DNA from: Spirochaetia bacterium
GTDB taxonomy: Bacteria > Spirochaetota > Spirochaetia > SZUA-6 > Bin103
Direction: 5' to 3'
Assembly: GCA_965203905.1 (NCBI GenBank)
Contig: CBDBDQ010000005.1
Span: forward strand, 7,584,001 to 7,648,000
DNA: 64,000 nucleotides
The notes below the pieces were generated by a model. The model searched no databases, had not been told where the DNA came from, and saw only the letters and a list, made by a program, of their open reading frames with translations. The translations under genes and the position numbers were made by a program. Below are positions 39,362-49,115 of this stretch, one piece after another; the first letter of the stretch is position 1, and each line of letters starts with the position of its first letter.

Positions 39362-40663
39362 TCATACGGGCCAGCGCACCAGGCTGTCGACGTCGACCGG
39401 CTGCCCGGTGCGGATCGAGGTGTTGGCGGCGATGCCGGTCAGGATCGACCAGGCACCGTCGACGTGGCTGGCACGGCGCCGGAAGGGATCCGGTGGCGGA
39501 TTGCCGAACATGTCGTCCAGCAACACGGGGTCGCCGCCGCCGTGGCCGCCCTCCGCCTCCTGGATCTCCACCAGGTAGGGCTTGCCGAAGTGGGGCGACA
39601 CCTTGAGCGCGCGTTCCCGTGCCGCGCCCTCGTCGCGCTGGGCGCCGCCGGCGCTCACGTAGCTGCTCTCCACCACCAGCAGCTCCAGCCGCCCCTTGCT
39701 GCCGTTCAGCGCGACGCGGAGCCCCTCCCACGGCTGGTAGGCGTTCAACGAGTAGGTCATCATCGCGCCGCTGTCGTAGCGCACCAGCAACGCCATGGTG
39801 TCCTCGATCGAGATGCCGTCCCCGAACACGCTCTGGTCGCGGTAGTAGCCGTCCTCCGCCTCCGCCTCCAGGTACATGGCGCGCAGAGTCTCGTTGGCGG
39901 TGAGGTCGATGGCGAAGGGATCCTCCTGGGCCGCTGCCGAGCCGTGCGCCCGCGAATAGAACTGTGTGATACCGCGCTCCTCGGCGTTCTCGCGGCCGTA
40001 GAAGCGCAGGTCGCCCAGTGCCATCACCGTGCGCGGGCGCGACGCCAGCCAGAAGTTGATCAGATCGAAGTGGTGGGTGGCCTTGTGCACCAGCAACCCG
40101 CCGGAGTTGCGCTTGTCGCGGTGCCAGCGGCGGAAGTAGTCGGCCCCGTGGCGCAGGTCGAGCAGCCATTCGAAGTGCACCGAGAACACCTGGCCGATGG
40201 TGTCCGCCATGAGCAGCTCGCGCACCTTGGTGGAGTGCGGCGCGTAGCGGTAGTTGAAGGTGACCCGCAGCTCGCGCCCGGTGCGGTGAATCGCATCCAG
40301 GATCTGCTGGCACTTCTCCGCGTCGACCGTCATCGGCTTCTCGCTGATGGCGTCGCAGCCCAGCTCCATGGCGCGCACGATGTAGCGGTGATGGGTACGG
40401 TCGATCGACGTCACGATCACCGCGTCCGGCCTGGTCTCGGCGATCATGCGGTCGAACTGCTCCGCCGGGTAGGTGGGGACCGTGGCGCCTCCGGCAGCGC
40501 GATGAATCCTGTTGGCCAGGTCGAGCCGGGTCTGGTTCACGTCGCAGAACGCCACCACCTCGGCGCGCTCGGCGTAGCGGCGGGGTATCGCCTCGTAGAA
40601 GAACCGCGCGCGGCCACCCACCCCAACCTGGACGTAGCGCCGGCGCTTCGCTGCAGAACTCAT
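39362..40663 (-). CDS. Gfo/Idh/MocA family oxidoreductase (YteT-like)
   Basis: QVGVGGR, ISEKPM, FNYRY, HGADYFRRWH, HKATHHFD. Confidence 0.92.
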   Translation of the reverse strand: MSSAAKRRRYVQVGVGGRARFFYEAIPRRYAERAEVVAFCDVNQTRLDLANRIHRAAGGATVPTYPAEQFDRMIAETRPDAVIVTSIDRTHHRYIVRAMELGCDAISEKPMTVDAEKCQQILDAIHRTGRELRVTFNYRYAPHSTKVRELLMADTIGQVFSVHFEWLLDLRHGADYFRRWHRDKRNSGGLLVHKATHHFDLINFWLASRPRTVMALGDLRFYGRENAEERGITQFYSRAHGSAAAQEDPFAIDLTANETLRAMYLEAEAEDGYYRDQSVFGDGISIEDTMALLVRYDSGAMMTYSLNAYQPWEGLRVALNGSKGRLELLVVESSYVSAGGAQRDEGAARERALKVSPHFGKPYLVEIQEAEGGHGGGDPVLLDDMFGNPPPDPFRRRASHVDGAWSILTGIAANTSIRTGQPVDVDSLVRWPV

Positions 40664-40876
40664 GAGGTGCGCACGATAACGCGGATTGCCCTTCGACGCG
40701 AGTGGCGCCAGGCAACGCTCGCTCCCCAGACAGAAGCATCCACGGGCCTTGGCTCTGAACCATGGCTGTCCGCCGTAGGGCAACCCGGCTCAGGAATTAG
40801 ATTACATATCGGGTTTCCAAACGCCACTAGGGCGCAGATAATGTATGATTGCCGGACAGGCACGGAGAGAGACTGG

Positions 40877-41314
40877 ATGGGCACGGTGCTTGACGACGTG
40901 ACGAGCGATACGGTCGATGCGACGCACGTACGGCGGCGCGTCGATGACTGGGAGGAGCGTGTGCATGGCCTCTACGCCATGATCGGCGACTGGTTGCCGG
41001 TCGGATGGGAGGCGCGCCGGGCCGCCCCGGTTGTCATGCATGAACCCCTGATGCGCAAGTTTGGCGTGCCTGCAAGACCGATGCCCACGCTTGAGCTCCA
41101 CGACCGCGCGGGCCATGTCGCCAAGCTCGAGCCGCGCGTCTTGTGGATCATCGGCGAAAACGGCCGGGTCGACTTGAAGCACGACGGGCGGTACTACTAT
41201 ATCGTCGACACGGCCGACAACTTCGCGCTGCCGAACTGGGAGGTCTCTCGTGCCGAGCGGCGGAGCGACCGGGAGATCGTAACGCGCAATTGGTTGAGGC
41301 GCGTTCTTCAGTGA
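40877..41314 (+). CDS. Hypothetical protein, partner of the downstream HEPN protein
   Basis: GGAGAG RBS, protein-like composition, GTGA overlap with the next gene. Confidence 0.7.
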   Translation: MGTVLDDVTSDTVDATHVRRRVDDWEERVHGLYAMIGDWLPVGWEARRAAPVVMHEPLMRKFGVPARPMPTLELHDRAGHVAKLEPRVLWIIGENGRVDLKHDGRYYYIVDTADNFALPNWEVSRAERRSDREIVTRNWLRRVLQ

Positions 41315-41778
41315 GCGACCTTCAGGCTATTGCGGACGTATACGAGAAGATCGATCTCCATCTTCAAAGCCTTCGCGACATGGAGGACAGGGCTGGCGAG
41401 GATCCGGCGCCGGCTCCCGTCGATCAAGAGCAGAGCATCAACGACCAAGCTTACTTCGTGCTCGCGTGGGGGCAGTTGGAGGCTGACATCGACGAGGCCT
41501 GCCGGGATGCCATCCGCGCCGGACAATCGGACGAGGACTGGCGGTATCGGCGTGCCTGGTCCCTCTACAATCCGGAAGACCGCCGGCTGTCGGGCCTGAG
41601 CTTCGAGAACCGGCTGACGCTGGTTGTCGAGAGGGGCAGTGACGACTGGAAGAGAACCATGCATCTCTACAACGTCCGCAACCAGATCGCCCACGGCACC
41701 CTCCTGTCGGGACGGATCGACATGGCGAGCGTCATCCAGGATTTCTTTCGGATTCAGTCATCGCTCACACGGGCGTGA
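41311..41778 (+). CDS. HEPN-domain protein (putative RNase)
   Basis: All-helical character, AWGQLE helix, VRNQIAHG = Rx4H motif. Confidence 0.72.
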   Translation: MSDLQAIADVYEKIDLHLQSLRDMEDRAGEDPAPAPVDQEQSINDQAYFVLAWGQLEADIDEACRDAIRAGQSDEDWRYRRAWSLYNPEDRRLSGLSFENRLTLVVERGSDDWKRTMHLYNVRNQIAHGTLLSGRIDMASVIQDFFRIQSSLTRA

Positions 41779-41824
41779 TCGGCATTAGTACCAAGCCACG
41801 GCAAGCGTATGCAGGTAGTCCGCA

Positions 41825-42197
41825 GTACCAACAGATAGACATCCGCGGGTCGGGGATGGTCCGGATACACCCTCTCCGGGTCCGCAACCAGCATCACGTC
41901 AGGTTGCGAGAGGTTTACGTCGTCCAAGTCGTCGGAGAGACGCAACGGAACTTGGATCACCACCTGCGCATGATCCCCGAAGGCACGCTGAAACCGCCTG
42001 TCGAGGAGGGAAACGGCCGCGGCGTGCGGTGGATCGATGGTCATGACGACGAGCTGGCCTTCAAGCAGTTCAACATGCTGATCCCCATCGATGATCCCCG
42101 CGCGCTCCATGGCGCAGACCTCGCGATAGGTGAAACGGCGAACCCCGAGCACCGCTGCCAGATCCCGTTGCAGCTCTCTTTGCGTCAGAACACCCAT
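41825..42197 (-). pseudogene. 3'-truncated Uma2 family gene
   Basis: RRFT..VELLEG..QPDVML..HPRPADVYLLV, then similarity stops before the expected EV motif. Confidence 0.75.
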
Positions 42198-42316
42198 GGA
42201 GTCTGCCAAAGTATACCACGGCCCACGTCACGGTTGCCGGACGCGCGCTTGACAAGGCTCTCCCTTGTCGCCTCCACTCGCATCACCCTCGGACACGGAT
42301 ATCGGGTGTACCGACG

Positions 42317-43063
42317 ATGCATACCGGACAGGCAGGTGACATTCCGCTGGTGTGGATGGAACCGGAAACCACCGAGACACGCACCCTGGTGATATGGCTG
42401 CCGGGGTTCAGCGGCACCAAGGAAGCGATGCAGCCCTACCTCGCCGACCTGGCGGCGGCCGGCTTCGTGGCGTTGAGCTTCGACCCCTACCAGCATGGCG
42501 AGCGGCGCGTCGAGTCGCTCGACGAACTGCGTGCGCGAGTGCGCGGCAACATCCGGCGCCATTTCTGGCCGATCCTGGCGCGGACCGCGGAGGATGTTCC
42601 GCGGGTGATCGACTGGGCGGTGCGGCGCCTCGGCGTGGCCGAGATGGCCGGCATGGGCGGGATCTCGGCCGGCGGCGACACCTCCGTCGCGGCCACCGCG
42701 GTGGACCCTCGCATCGCGGTGGTCGCCGCGGCCATCGCCACCCCCGACTGGCTGCGGCCCGGCTCGTTCGAGCCGCCGGGGGCGCCCGACGCGGCGGCCC
42801 AGGCCTGCTACGAGCGGCGCAACCCGCTCACCCACCTGGCGGCCTATCGCCACACCCCGGCCATCAGCTTTCAGAACGGCGCGCTGGACCAGCAGGTGCC
42901 GCCCGACGGCTCGCAGCGCTTCGTCGCCGCGCTGCGCGAGGAGTTGTACGCGAATTGTCCCGAGCGCCTGGAAGTGGTCCTCCACGAGGGGACAGCCCAC
43001 GAGTTCACCGCCGCCGGCTGGACCAACGCGCTGGCGTGGTTCCGCCGCCACCTGTCCCCTTAG
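42317..43063 (+). CDS. Alpha/beta hydrolase (esterase / dienelactone hydrolase-like)
   Basis: DPYQHGER, GISAGG nucleophile elbow, GALDQQVP, GTAHE. Confidence 0.85.
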   Translation: MHTGQAGDIPLVWMEPETTETRTLVIWLPGFSGTKEAMQPYLADLAAAGFVALSFDPYQHGERRVESLDELRARVRGNIRRHFWPILARTAEDVPRVIDWAVRRLGVAEMAGMGGISAGGDTSVAATAVDPRIAVVAAAIATPDWLRPGSFEPPGAPDAAAQACYERRNPLTHLAAYRHTPAISFQNGALDQQVPPDGSQRFVAALREELYANCPERLEVVLHEGTAHEFTAAGWTNALAWFRRHLSP

Positions 43064-43122
43064 CCCCCTTAGCCCGGTTGGTAAGTGTGGCCTCTGCTGG
43101 TCGACACACGCGGGCCACGCGG

Positions 43123-43542
43123 TCACGCCAGCTCGGCGCGGTTGCACGCGCCGGCAACGACGCGATGCACCAGGACCGCGTCGGCGTACGCCTCCCGGGC
43201 ATCGGCACTCCGGTAGAACTGAGAGGGCGTCAGATCCTCGCTGCCATAGAAGGCAAGCTCGCGGTCACGACGCAGCTTGCGGGATATGTCGATGAGCCGG
43301 TCGAGCTCGGCAGCGACGCTCGGCAGTCTCTCCCTGTTGGCGTCCAGGACGGGACTGACGTCGTGAATCCTCGGTACGTCGACCCGAGCGAAGCGGAGCA
43401 ACGCCTTGAGCGCAATCTCGACGACCTCCTGCGACTCGCGCACCACATCGGCCCAACTCTCTTCGGCGAGCAACACTTCGATTGCGCGCAAACGGCTGCG
43501 CCCGCGCCGCAGATAATCATCGACCAGATCCAGATTACGCAT
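43123..43542 (-). CDS. HEPN-domain protein
   Basis: VVRESQEVVEIALKALL..PRIHDV..LRRDRELAFYG. Confidence 0.82.
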   Translation of the reverse strand: MRNLDLVDDYLRRGRSRLRAIEVLLAEESWADVVRESQEVVEIALKALLRFARVDVPRIHDVSPVLDANRERLPSVAAELDRLIDISRKLRRDRELAFYGSEDLTPSQFYRSADAREAYADAVLVHRVVAGACNRAELA

Positions 43543-44143
43543 TCGCCCCTACGTGGATCCAGTACGGGTGTCCGTACGCAACACGGCGCTGCAGCTCGCC
43601 GGCAGCGATGCGGTCACGCACCCGCGCCAGGGTTCGCGCCAGAACGCCGGTGGGATCCAGCACCACCACACCGTGCAATGCCACCTCCAGCCAGAGCGAC
43701 CCGATGGCGGCGTCCGCCGTCGGCAGATGGGCGAAATGCGGCGACACGACACCCGCGTCTGTATGGACCGCATCCACCGCCTGATCCCAGCGCGTATAGA
43801 GCGCGCGCGACACTGCCACCGACTCGCTGACCGCGATCAGCAGGTCAAGGTCCGACGTGGCCGTATGCTCGTTTCTGATCCGTGAGCCGAACACGACCAA
43901 GCCGACCAGCGCCTCGTCGAACTCCGCCGTCAGCGCTGCCAACAACGCCGCGGTAATCATGCCGCCAGTGCCGCCGCCGCGAACCGCGGCAGTCAGAATC
44001 GAACGACAGTAGTAATTGAGCGAGACACCGGTCCGCGCCGCGGCGGCCTTGAGCGCTCCATGAATCTCCGGCGGTATCCGCAACACGAATCGCCCGGAAA
44101 GCGGCTCCGCTGCCGCCCCGCCTCTCGCGCCCGTCGCAAGCAT
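43535..44143 (-). CDS. HicB-type ribbon-helix-helix fused to a minimal nucleotidyltransferase
   Basis: SGRFVLRIPPEIH..AARTGVSLN then VFGSRIR..SDLDLLI. Confidence 0.8.
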   Translation of the reverse strand: MLATGARGGAAAEPLSGRFVLRIPPEIHGALKAAAARTGVSLNYYCRSILTAAVRGGGTGGMITAALLAALTAEFDEALVGLVVFGSRIRNEHTATSDLDLLIAVSESVAVSRALYTRWDQAVDAVHTDAGVVSPHFAHLPTADAAIGSLWLEVALHGVVVLDPTGVLARTLARVRDRIAAGELQRRVAYGHPYWIHVGANA

Positions 44144-44345
44144 TCTGATATCATAGTACTACTCTTCTTGAGCATCAACCTGCTCGACCGTAGATGCTTC
44201 TCATCTGCCGGCCGTCGAGGGACAGGACTAGCGATTCCTGGGTGCTGTCCCGGCGGCCCGGGTAGACCCGCGCCGCGGTCGACAGGGATGCTCAGTTCGA
44301 CCGCTTCGCCCCGTGGTCGCTGGCCTCGTTCGGGTTCGCTCGCCG

Positions 44346-45227
44346 TCAGCCGGCGCTCAGCCGCTCGTCGGGGGTGCGGTGAATCTCCATCGGCGGCTCG
44401 CCGCCCGCGTACCGTGGGATAAGGGGGTCGATCTTGGCCAGCGCGTCCGGCGGCCACTCGGCGTGCTTGCGGTGCATCTCGCTGTGGTAGTAGCTCTGCA
44501 CCGGCTCCTGAAGCTGGCTGAACAGCGGGTAGAACCAGATCGTGATGACGGTACGGCGCTGGTCCGACTCGTTGCTGTGCGCGGCGTGGAACATGCGCGC
44601 GTCGCCGACTACCAGGTCGCCGGCCCGCACCGGTACGTCCACCTCGCCCTCGTGGTCGAGAAAGCGCGGATCGGCGGCGTTCTCCATGCTGTTGATGTCC
44701 CGCTCGTGGGCAACGCCCAGGTCGTGCAGGTCGTGCCGGCGGCGGTGGCTGCCCGGCAGCAGGCGCAGGCAGCCGTTGTGGCGGCTGGTATCCTCCAGGT
44801 AGTACATCAGGAAGATCATCCCCGGCACCTCGCTGTAGGAGCGCGGGTCCTGCCACAGCATGCAGTCCTGGTGCCAGTACAGGCGCGGTCCACCGGGCGG
44901 CTTGCTGATGATGACGGCCTTCCAGAACTTTATATCCGTGAACCCCATGCGGCGCAGCTCGTCGAGGGCCGCAGGATTGCCGATCAGATCGGCCAGCTCC
45001 GGGTAGCGATCGGAGTCGATCAGCGTGCCGGGCGATCGGGTGCGCGCCAGGCGCTCTTCGTCCTGGGTGGCGATGGCGCGTTCGGCGCAGGCGCGGGTGT
45101 GCTCGATGAGCGAGGGCGACGCCATGCCCCGGATGATGCAGAATCCCTCTCGTTGCAACTGCTGGAGACGCTCCGCGCCGACGGCATCGGTGGGCGTAAG
45201 CGTCGGCGCAGTGTAAGTCGCGGCCAT
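44346..45227 (-). CDS. PhyH family 2OG-Fe(II) oxygenase (copy 1)
   Basis: LYWHQD, NGCLRLLPGSH, FHAAHSN..RR; TTGACG-17-TAGCAT 6 nt before ATG. Confidence 0.92.
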   Translation of the reverse strand: MAATYTAPTLTPTDAVGAERLQQLQREGFCIIRGMASPSLIEHTRACAERAIATQDEERLARTRSPGTLIDSDRYPELADLIGNPAALDELRRMGFTDIKFWKAVIISKPPGGPRLYWHQDCMLWQDPRSYSEVPGMIFLMYYLEDTSRHNGCLRLLPGSHRRRHDLHDLGVAHERDINSMENAADPRFLDHEGEVDVPVRAGDLVVGDARMFHAAHSNESDQRRTVITIWFYPLFSQLQEPVQSYYHSEMHRKHAEWPPDALAKIDPLIPRYAGGEPPMEIHRTPDERLSAG

Positions 45228-45306
45228 GGCTGCATGCTAGTGCCGGGCGAGCGCCCCGTCAACGAGTCCCCAGCTACTGGAGCCGCGAAGATGAAGCGTA
45301 CGCGCA

Positions 45307-45349
45307 CGCTCGCCACTCGGTGATGTAGTCTCGTGGGATCACGGTTCCG
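45307..45349. repeat. 43-bp direct repeat, copy 1 (5' end of an AbiEii gene)
   Basis: CGCTCGCCACTCGGTGATGTAGTCTCGTGGGATCACGGTTCCG, identical to 47005..47047. Confidence 0.9.
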
Positions 45350-45460
45350 TCTGGACTGTGTACCGATGCCAGCGGCTCGGTGATGCTGCTGCTGCCATGC
45401 ATCGGTACCGTAAGCCGGCCTGAACTGCCTCGTCCCCGTACGGCGGTGCGCGAGCGTTCC

Positions 45461-45919
45461 CTACTTGATCGAAGAAACAGCCGGGTAGGTCCCGGTAACG
45501 GTATCAGCTATGAGGTCTCCAATTACTGCCGCCTGTGATGAGCCGTAAGCAGGAAGGCCATTGATCTCGCAGTGCGAAGGATCTTCCGGATGGTCAGCTT
45601 CGGCCGGCAGAGGGTGACGGACAAAGCGGAGTTCGCAGGCACCACGAGTCTTTTCTCTGGTAGTGCCGACCTTCAACTCTGCCAGACGACCATTCTTGCT
45701 CATTACTATGCGCGACAGAGCCCTCACTATGTCTATCTGTTCCTGCTTCGATGCATCTGCAAAACACTCCAGCCAGTTTACTGATAGACCAACCTCTTGC
45801 GGTCGCAATCGAAACGCTTCACCGGATGCCCTTCCGTTGCTGAGAACCGACTTTGGTCTGACGTACCGAACCACGTTGTCGCTGGCAGACAACTCGGTAC
45901 GAATCTCTGCGTTTCTCAC
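45461..45919 (-). CDS. Hypothetical protein, candidate ART/RES-like toxin
   Basis: VVRYVRP, AFRLR..GLSVNW, DPSHCEING; low GC; start overlaps the upstream stop. Confidence 0.65.
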   Translation of the reverse strand: MRNAEIRTELSASDNVVRYVRPKSVLSNGRASGEAFRLRPQEVGLSVNWLECFADASKQEQIDIVRALSRIVMSKNGRLAELKVGTTREKTRGACELRFVRHPLPAEADHPEDPSHCEINGLPAYGSSQAAVIGDLIADTVTGTYPAVSSIK

Positions 45920-46398
45920 TATCGATGCAACAGAATATGAATGAGTTTCAAGGTGCGAGCCACTGTAGTTCGCGCGCCGGTTGGAGGTGTGTTAGCAGAC
46001 CAGACAACATACTCACAGTTCTGGTCGCCGAAAAACTCGACTCCTATGTGTACATCATTCTCGTCGTATATTGCCCTCAGGTTGCCGTCGTCAGTGGCCA
46101 CTACATCGAACTTGCTGTAACAACCAGATATCTCACGAGATCGGACGAATGTCCAGAAGTCATCTTCGGACTTGACTCTCAACGTAACGCCATCCTCTTC
46201 GCAGTACCCCTTGAGTCGTGTGATTCTGCTCTCAAGTCCTGCATTATGTAGTGACCGAGTTGTCCATTCGAACCGCTCAATGCTTGGAAGCAGCAATCCC
46301 GGAGAGAACGGGATCACTCTTGTAGATGGGTTAGCGGTGATCCACTCCCACTCACTCGCACTCGGCTCCCACTCAGTTGTCGCTGTTGCACTACTCAT
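45919..46398 (-). CDS. Hypothetical protein, candidate antitoxin
   Basis: Low-GC ORF overlapping both neighbours; DDGNLRAIY..HIGVEFFG. Confidence 0.65.
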   Translation of the reverse strand: MSSATATTEWEPSASEWEWITANPSTRVIPFSPGLLLPSIERFEWTTRSLHNAGLESRITRLKGYCEEDGVTLRVKSEDDFWTFVRSREISGCYSKFDVVATDDGNLRAIYDENDVHIGVEFFGDQNCEYVVWSANTPPTGARTTVARTLKLIHILLHR

Positions 46399-46795
46399 TT
46401 GATCTTGGAGAATGGAAACCGCTCAAATAAGGTTTCGAGTCTGAAACGATGTTGCCTGATTCGTCTACCTGTTGTATCCTCACTTCGTAGTCCGTGTCGG
46501 GCTTCCAGCCGGTGAATCCCAAGGAGTTCATCGGTACAAGGAATCCTACGCCCCACTCAGTCGAACCTCTCTCGCGAACACGTACATCATATAGCACCGG
46601 TGGTCTGAATTGAACCTGAACGCCAATTTCGTGTGGGTCGTCGAGTTCGCATAGCGCGACTCCCTTTAGGGTAACTACGAACGACTTGCTGTTCGCATCC
46701 CAAGCGACGGGCGGGACACCCTGCTGACTGACGTTGTGCCAACCCTTTTTAGGACCCAATCTTTCACGTTCGTCGGTCGGATCTGCCATAATCAT
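46391..46795 (-). CDS. Fibronectin type III-like domain protein
   Basis: YDVRVRERGSTEW..FTGWKPDTDYEVRI resembles the FN3 strand pattern (LxPxTxYxVxV). Confidence 0.6.
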   Translation of the reverse strand: MIMADPTDERERLGPKKGWHNVSQQGVPPVAWDANSKSFVVTLKGVALCELDDPHEIGVQVQFRPPVLYDVRVRERGSTEWGVGFLVPMNSLGFTGWKPDTDYEVRIQQVDESGNIVSDSKPYLSGFHSPRSNE

Positions 46796-46879
46796 CGACT
46801 CGGTGCACGCAATATACACGATGTTATACCCTGGCGTGATCAACAGGTGTCAAGTGGCTGATCGAGGCTGGACCACAAC

Positions 46880-47040
46880 GAGAGCGCCGTGCCGCCCCGG
46901 AAGGCCAGCGCCTCGGCGAGCGAGGGTTCGGAGAATATCTTGACCAGGGCGCGGCTGATGACGAGGTCCTGCTCGATCTGGAAGTCCACTGTCCACGGTG
47001 CCCGCGCTCGCCACTCGGTGATGTAGTCTCGTGGGATCAC
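46880..47040 (-). pseudogene. N-terminal fragment of an AbiEii/AbiGii nucleotidyltransferase toxin
   Basis: MIPRDYITEWR..APW..QIEQDLVISRALV..LAFRGGTAL then breaks. Confidence 0.8.
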
Positions 47041-47047
47041 GGTTCCG
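47005..47047. repeat. 43-bp direct repeat, copy 2
   Basis: Identical to 45307..45349. Confidence 0.9.
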
Positions 47048-47152
47048 AGGTCGGGATTGAGCCGCCGTGCAAGGCCGCCGTGGCCGTTCGGTCACGGGAA
47101 GAGCGCTCGTAGGAGGGTGTACCTGCACCCGCGGCGCGGTCGAGGGGTCCTG

Positions 47153-47343
47153 CTCGCCTTCAGCCGGCGCGCAGCCGCCCGTCGGGGGTGCGGTGGATCT
47201 CCATTGGCCCCGCGTCGCCCCCGTACCGCGAGATTGGCGCGAAGCGATCTTGGCCAGCGCGTCCGGCGGCCATTCAGCGTGCTTGCGGTGCATATCGCTT
47301 TGGTAGTAGCTCTGCTCCCGCTCCAGGAGCTGGCGGAACAGCG
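47153..47343 (-). pseudogene. Degenerate duplicate of the 3' end of PhyH copy 1
   Basis: QSYYQSDMHRKHAEWPPDALAKI matches 44346..45227 (QSYYHSEMHRKHAEWPPDALAKI); DNA similar through the stop region. Confidence 0.8.
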
Positions 47344-47722
47344 TCACGTCAACGAGGCCGCTTGCCGATTGTTGTTGTGGCGCCACTCTTGACACCCCAT
47401 GCGCCGATTGCAACGCTGTCTGGCGATGGCACCGATCGCTGAGTTCCGCGCGGCAAACCAGGTCGCCGCCGTTGACGACGGCACCGCCAGGCGGGACGAA
47501 CGCGGTGAGTGGTCGCCGCGCGTGCAGGGCGTGGCGCCGCTCATCGACAGGGCGTGGAGACCGTTGCGGGTCCTGCGCTACCTGTTCACGGCACTGCACG
47601 CGGGGACCGCGGTAGCGACCTTGCATGACCGGACCGAGCAGCTGCGGCAGCGCATGCGCCGCAAGCGCCGCATGCCCACCGCAGCCAAGGGCCTCGGCCA
47701 GTAGCAGCCGCAGCGACTCCGA

Positions 47723-49039
47723 GTGTCCATACCGGCCTTTTTCTCCAGTGCGCTCCACCGCATCGACCCGCACGTCGCGGATGCACTGGCCGGCGAGGCG
47801 CGCCGGCAGCGCGAGCAGATTGTGCTGATCGCATCCGAGAACATCGTCAGTCGCGCGGTGCTCGATGCCCTGGGCCACGAGATCACCAACAAGACGCTCG
47901 AGGGCTACCCCGGAAATCGCTTTCATGGCGGGGCGCAGTTCCTCGATGTCGTCGAGCAGGCGGCGATCGATCGTGCCCGGGAGCTGTTCGATTGCGAGTA
48001 CGCCAATGTGCAGCCGCATTCGGGCACGCAGGCCAACCAGGCGGTATTCTTCGCGCTGCTGCAACCGGGCGATACGATCCTCAGCCTCGATCTGGCCGCG
48101 GGCGGGCACCTGAGTCACGGCGCCGCCCCCAACCTGTCGGGCCGCTGGTTCGACGCGCACCACTACTTGGTCTCGCCGGACAGCGGACTGATCGACTACG
48201 ACGCGCTCGCGGAGCAGGCGGTCGCACTGCGGCCCAAGCTGCTGATCGCCGGCGGCTCCGCCTACCCGCGGGAACTCGACTTCGCTCGCATGCGTGAGAT
48301 CGCGGACGCATGCGGCGCCCGCCTGCTGGTCGACATGGCCCATATCGCCGGGCTGGTTGCCGCCGGCGTGCACGTCTCGCCGCTGCCCTACGCGGATATC
48401 GTGACCTGCACTACGTCGAAGACCCTGCGCGGGCCGAGCGGCGGCCTGATTCTGGCGCGCGACGCGGCCCGGAAACGGGCGCTCAATGCGGCCATCTTCC
48501 CCGGCGTGCAGGGCAGTCTGCACCCACAGGTCATCGCTGCCAAGGCGGTGTGTCTGGGCGAAGCGTTACAGCCTGCCTTCAAGCGTTACGGAGAGCAGGT
48601 CAAGACCAATGCGGCGGTGCTGGCGGCCACGCTGGGCCGACGGGGCATCCAACTCGTCAGCGGCGGCACCGACACGCACCTGGTGTTGCTGGATCTGCGC
48701 AGACAGCAGATCACCGGGGCACGGGCTGAGGCAGTGCTGGAGGCGGCCAACATCGCATCCAACAAGAACCCGATCCCATTCGACGCCCGCAAGCCCTCGC
48801 AGTGGGCGGGTCTGCGCCTGGGCGTGGCCGCGGTGACCACCCGCGGTTTCGGCACCGATGAAATGGTTCGGGTCGGCGATCTCATCGCCGACCTGCTGCT
48901 GGCCGCGGCCAACGGTGACCCCGCCGATGCGGTCCGCCGCGCCGCCGCTGAAGTTGCGGATCTGTGTGCGCGATATCCGGTGTATCCGGCGGCAGGCCAG
49001 GCCGAAGCAGCGCCGTTTGAAGCGGCGCTCCGCGGCTGA
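47723..49039 (+). CDS. glyA: Serine hydroxymethyltransferase family, alpha-methylserine hydroxymethyltransferase-like
   Basis: LIASEN, NVQPHSG, GGHLSHG, DMAH, KTLRGP; variant motifs TNKTLEGYPGNRFHGG and FPGVQGSLH. Confidence 0.9.
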   Translation: MSIPAFFSSALHRIDPHVADALAGEARRQREQIVLIASENIVSRAVLDALGHEITNKTLEGYPGNRFHGGAQFLDVVEQAAIDRARELFDCEYANVQPHSGTQANQAVFFALLQPGDTILSLDLAAGGHLSHGAAPNLSGRWFDAHHYLVSPDSGLIDYDALAEQAVALRPKLLIAGGSAYPRELDFARMREIADACGARLLVDMAHIAGLVAAGVHVSPLPYADIVTCTTSKTLRGPSGGLILARDAARKRALNAAIFPGVQGSLHPQVIAAKAVCLGEALQPAFKRYGEQVKTNAAVLAATLGRRGIQLVSGGTDTHLVLLDLRRQQITGARAEAVLEAANIASNKNPIPFDARKPSQWAGLRLGVAAVTTRGFGTDEMVRVGDLIADLLLAAANGDPADAVRRAAAEVADLCARYPVYPAAGQAEAAPFEAALRG

Positions 49040-49115
49040 CAGTCGCACCACAGGCCTGTAGCCAGCGCGACCAGCCCGACCGTGTGCAGGGCCGGCGGTC
49101 GATTCCAGCCGCGCT

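Noticed and set aside
39464-40876. Long N-terminal part of the 616-aa plus-strand ORF, and other long antisense or alternative-frame ORFs (1286..2563, 34920..36761, 46850..48523)
   Set aside because: Shadow frames of real high-GC genes with no family motifs
30262-45227. Shared N-terminal APTLT in a desaturase and a PhyH as a targeting peptide
   Set aside because: Five low-complexity residues; no microcompartment or encapsulin genes in the window
45360-45408. Imperfect palindrome GTACCGATGC..GCATCGGTAC as an integron attC site
   Set aside because: Lacks RYYYAAC/GTTRRRY boxes and no integrase is present; more likely a terminator-like hairpin
47344-47722. ZMP/ZTP or THF riboswitch upstream of the SHMT-like gene, and the 101-aa ORF 47399..47704
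   Set aside because: Riboswitch consensus elements not found; ORF has no recognisable motif
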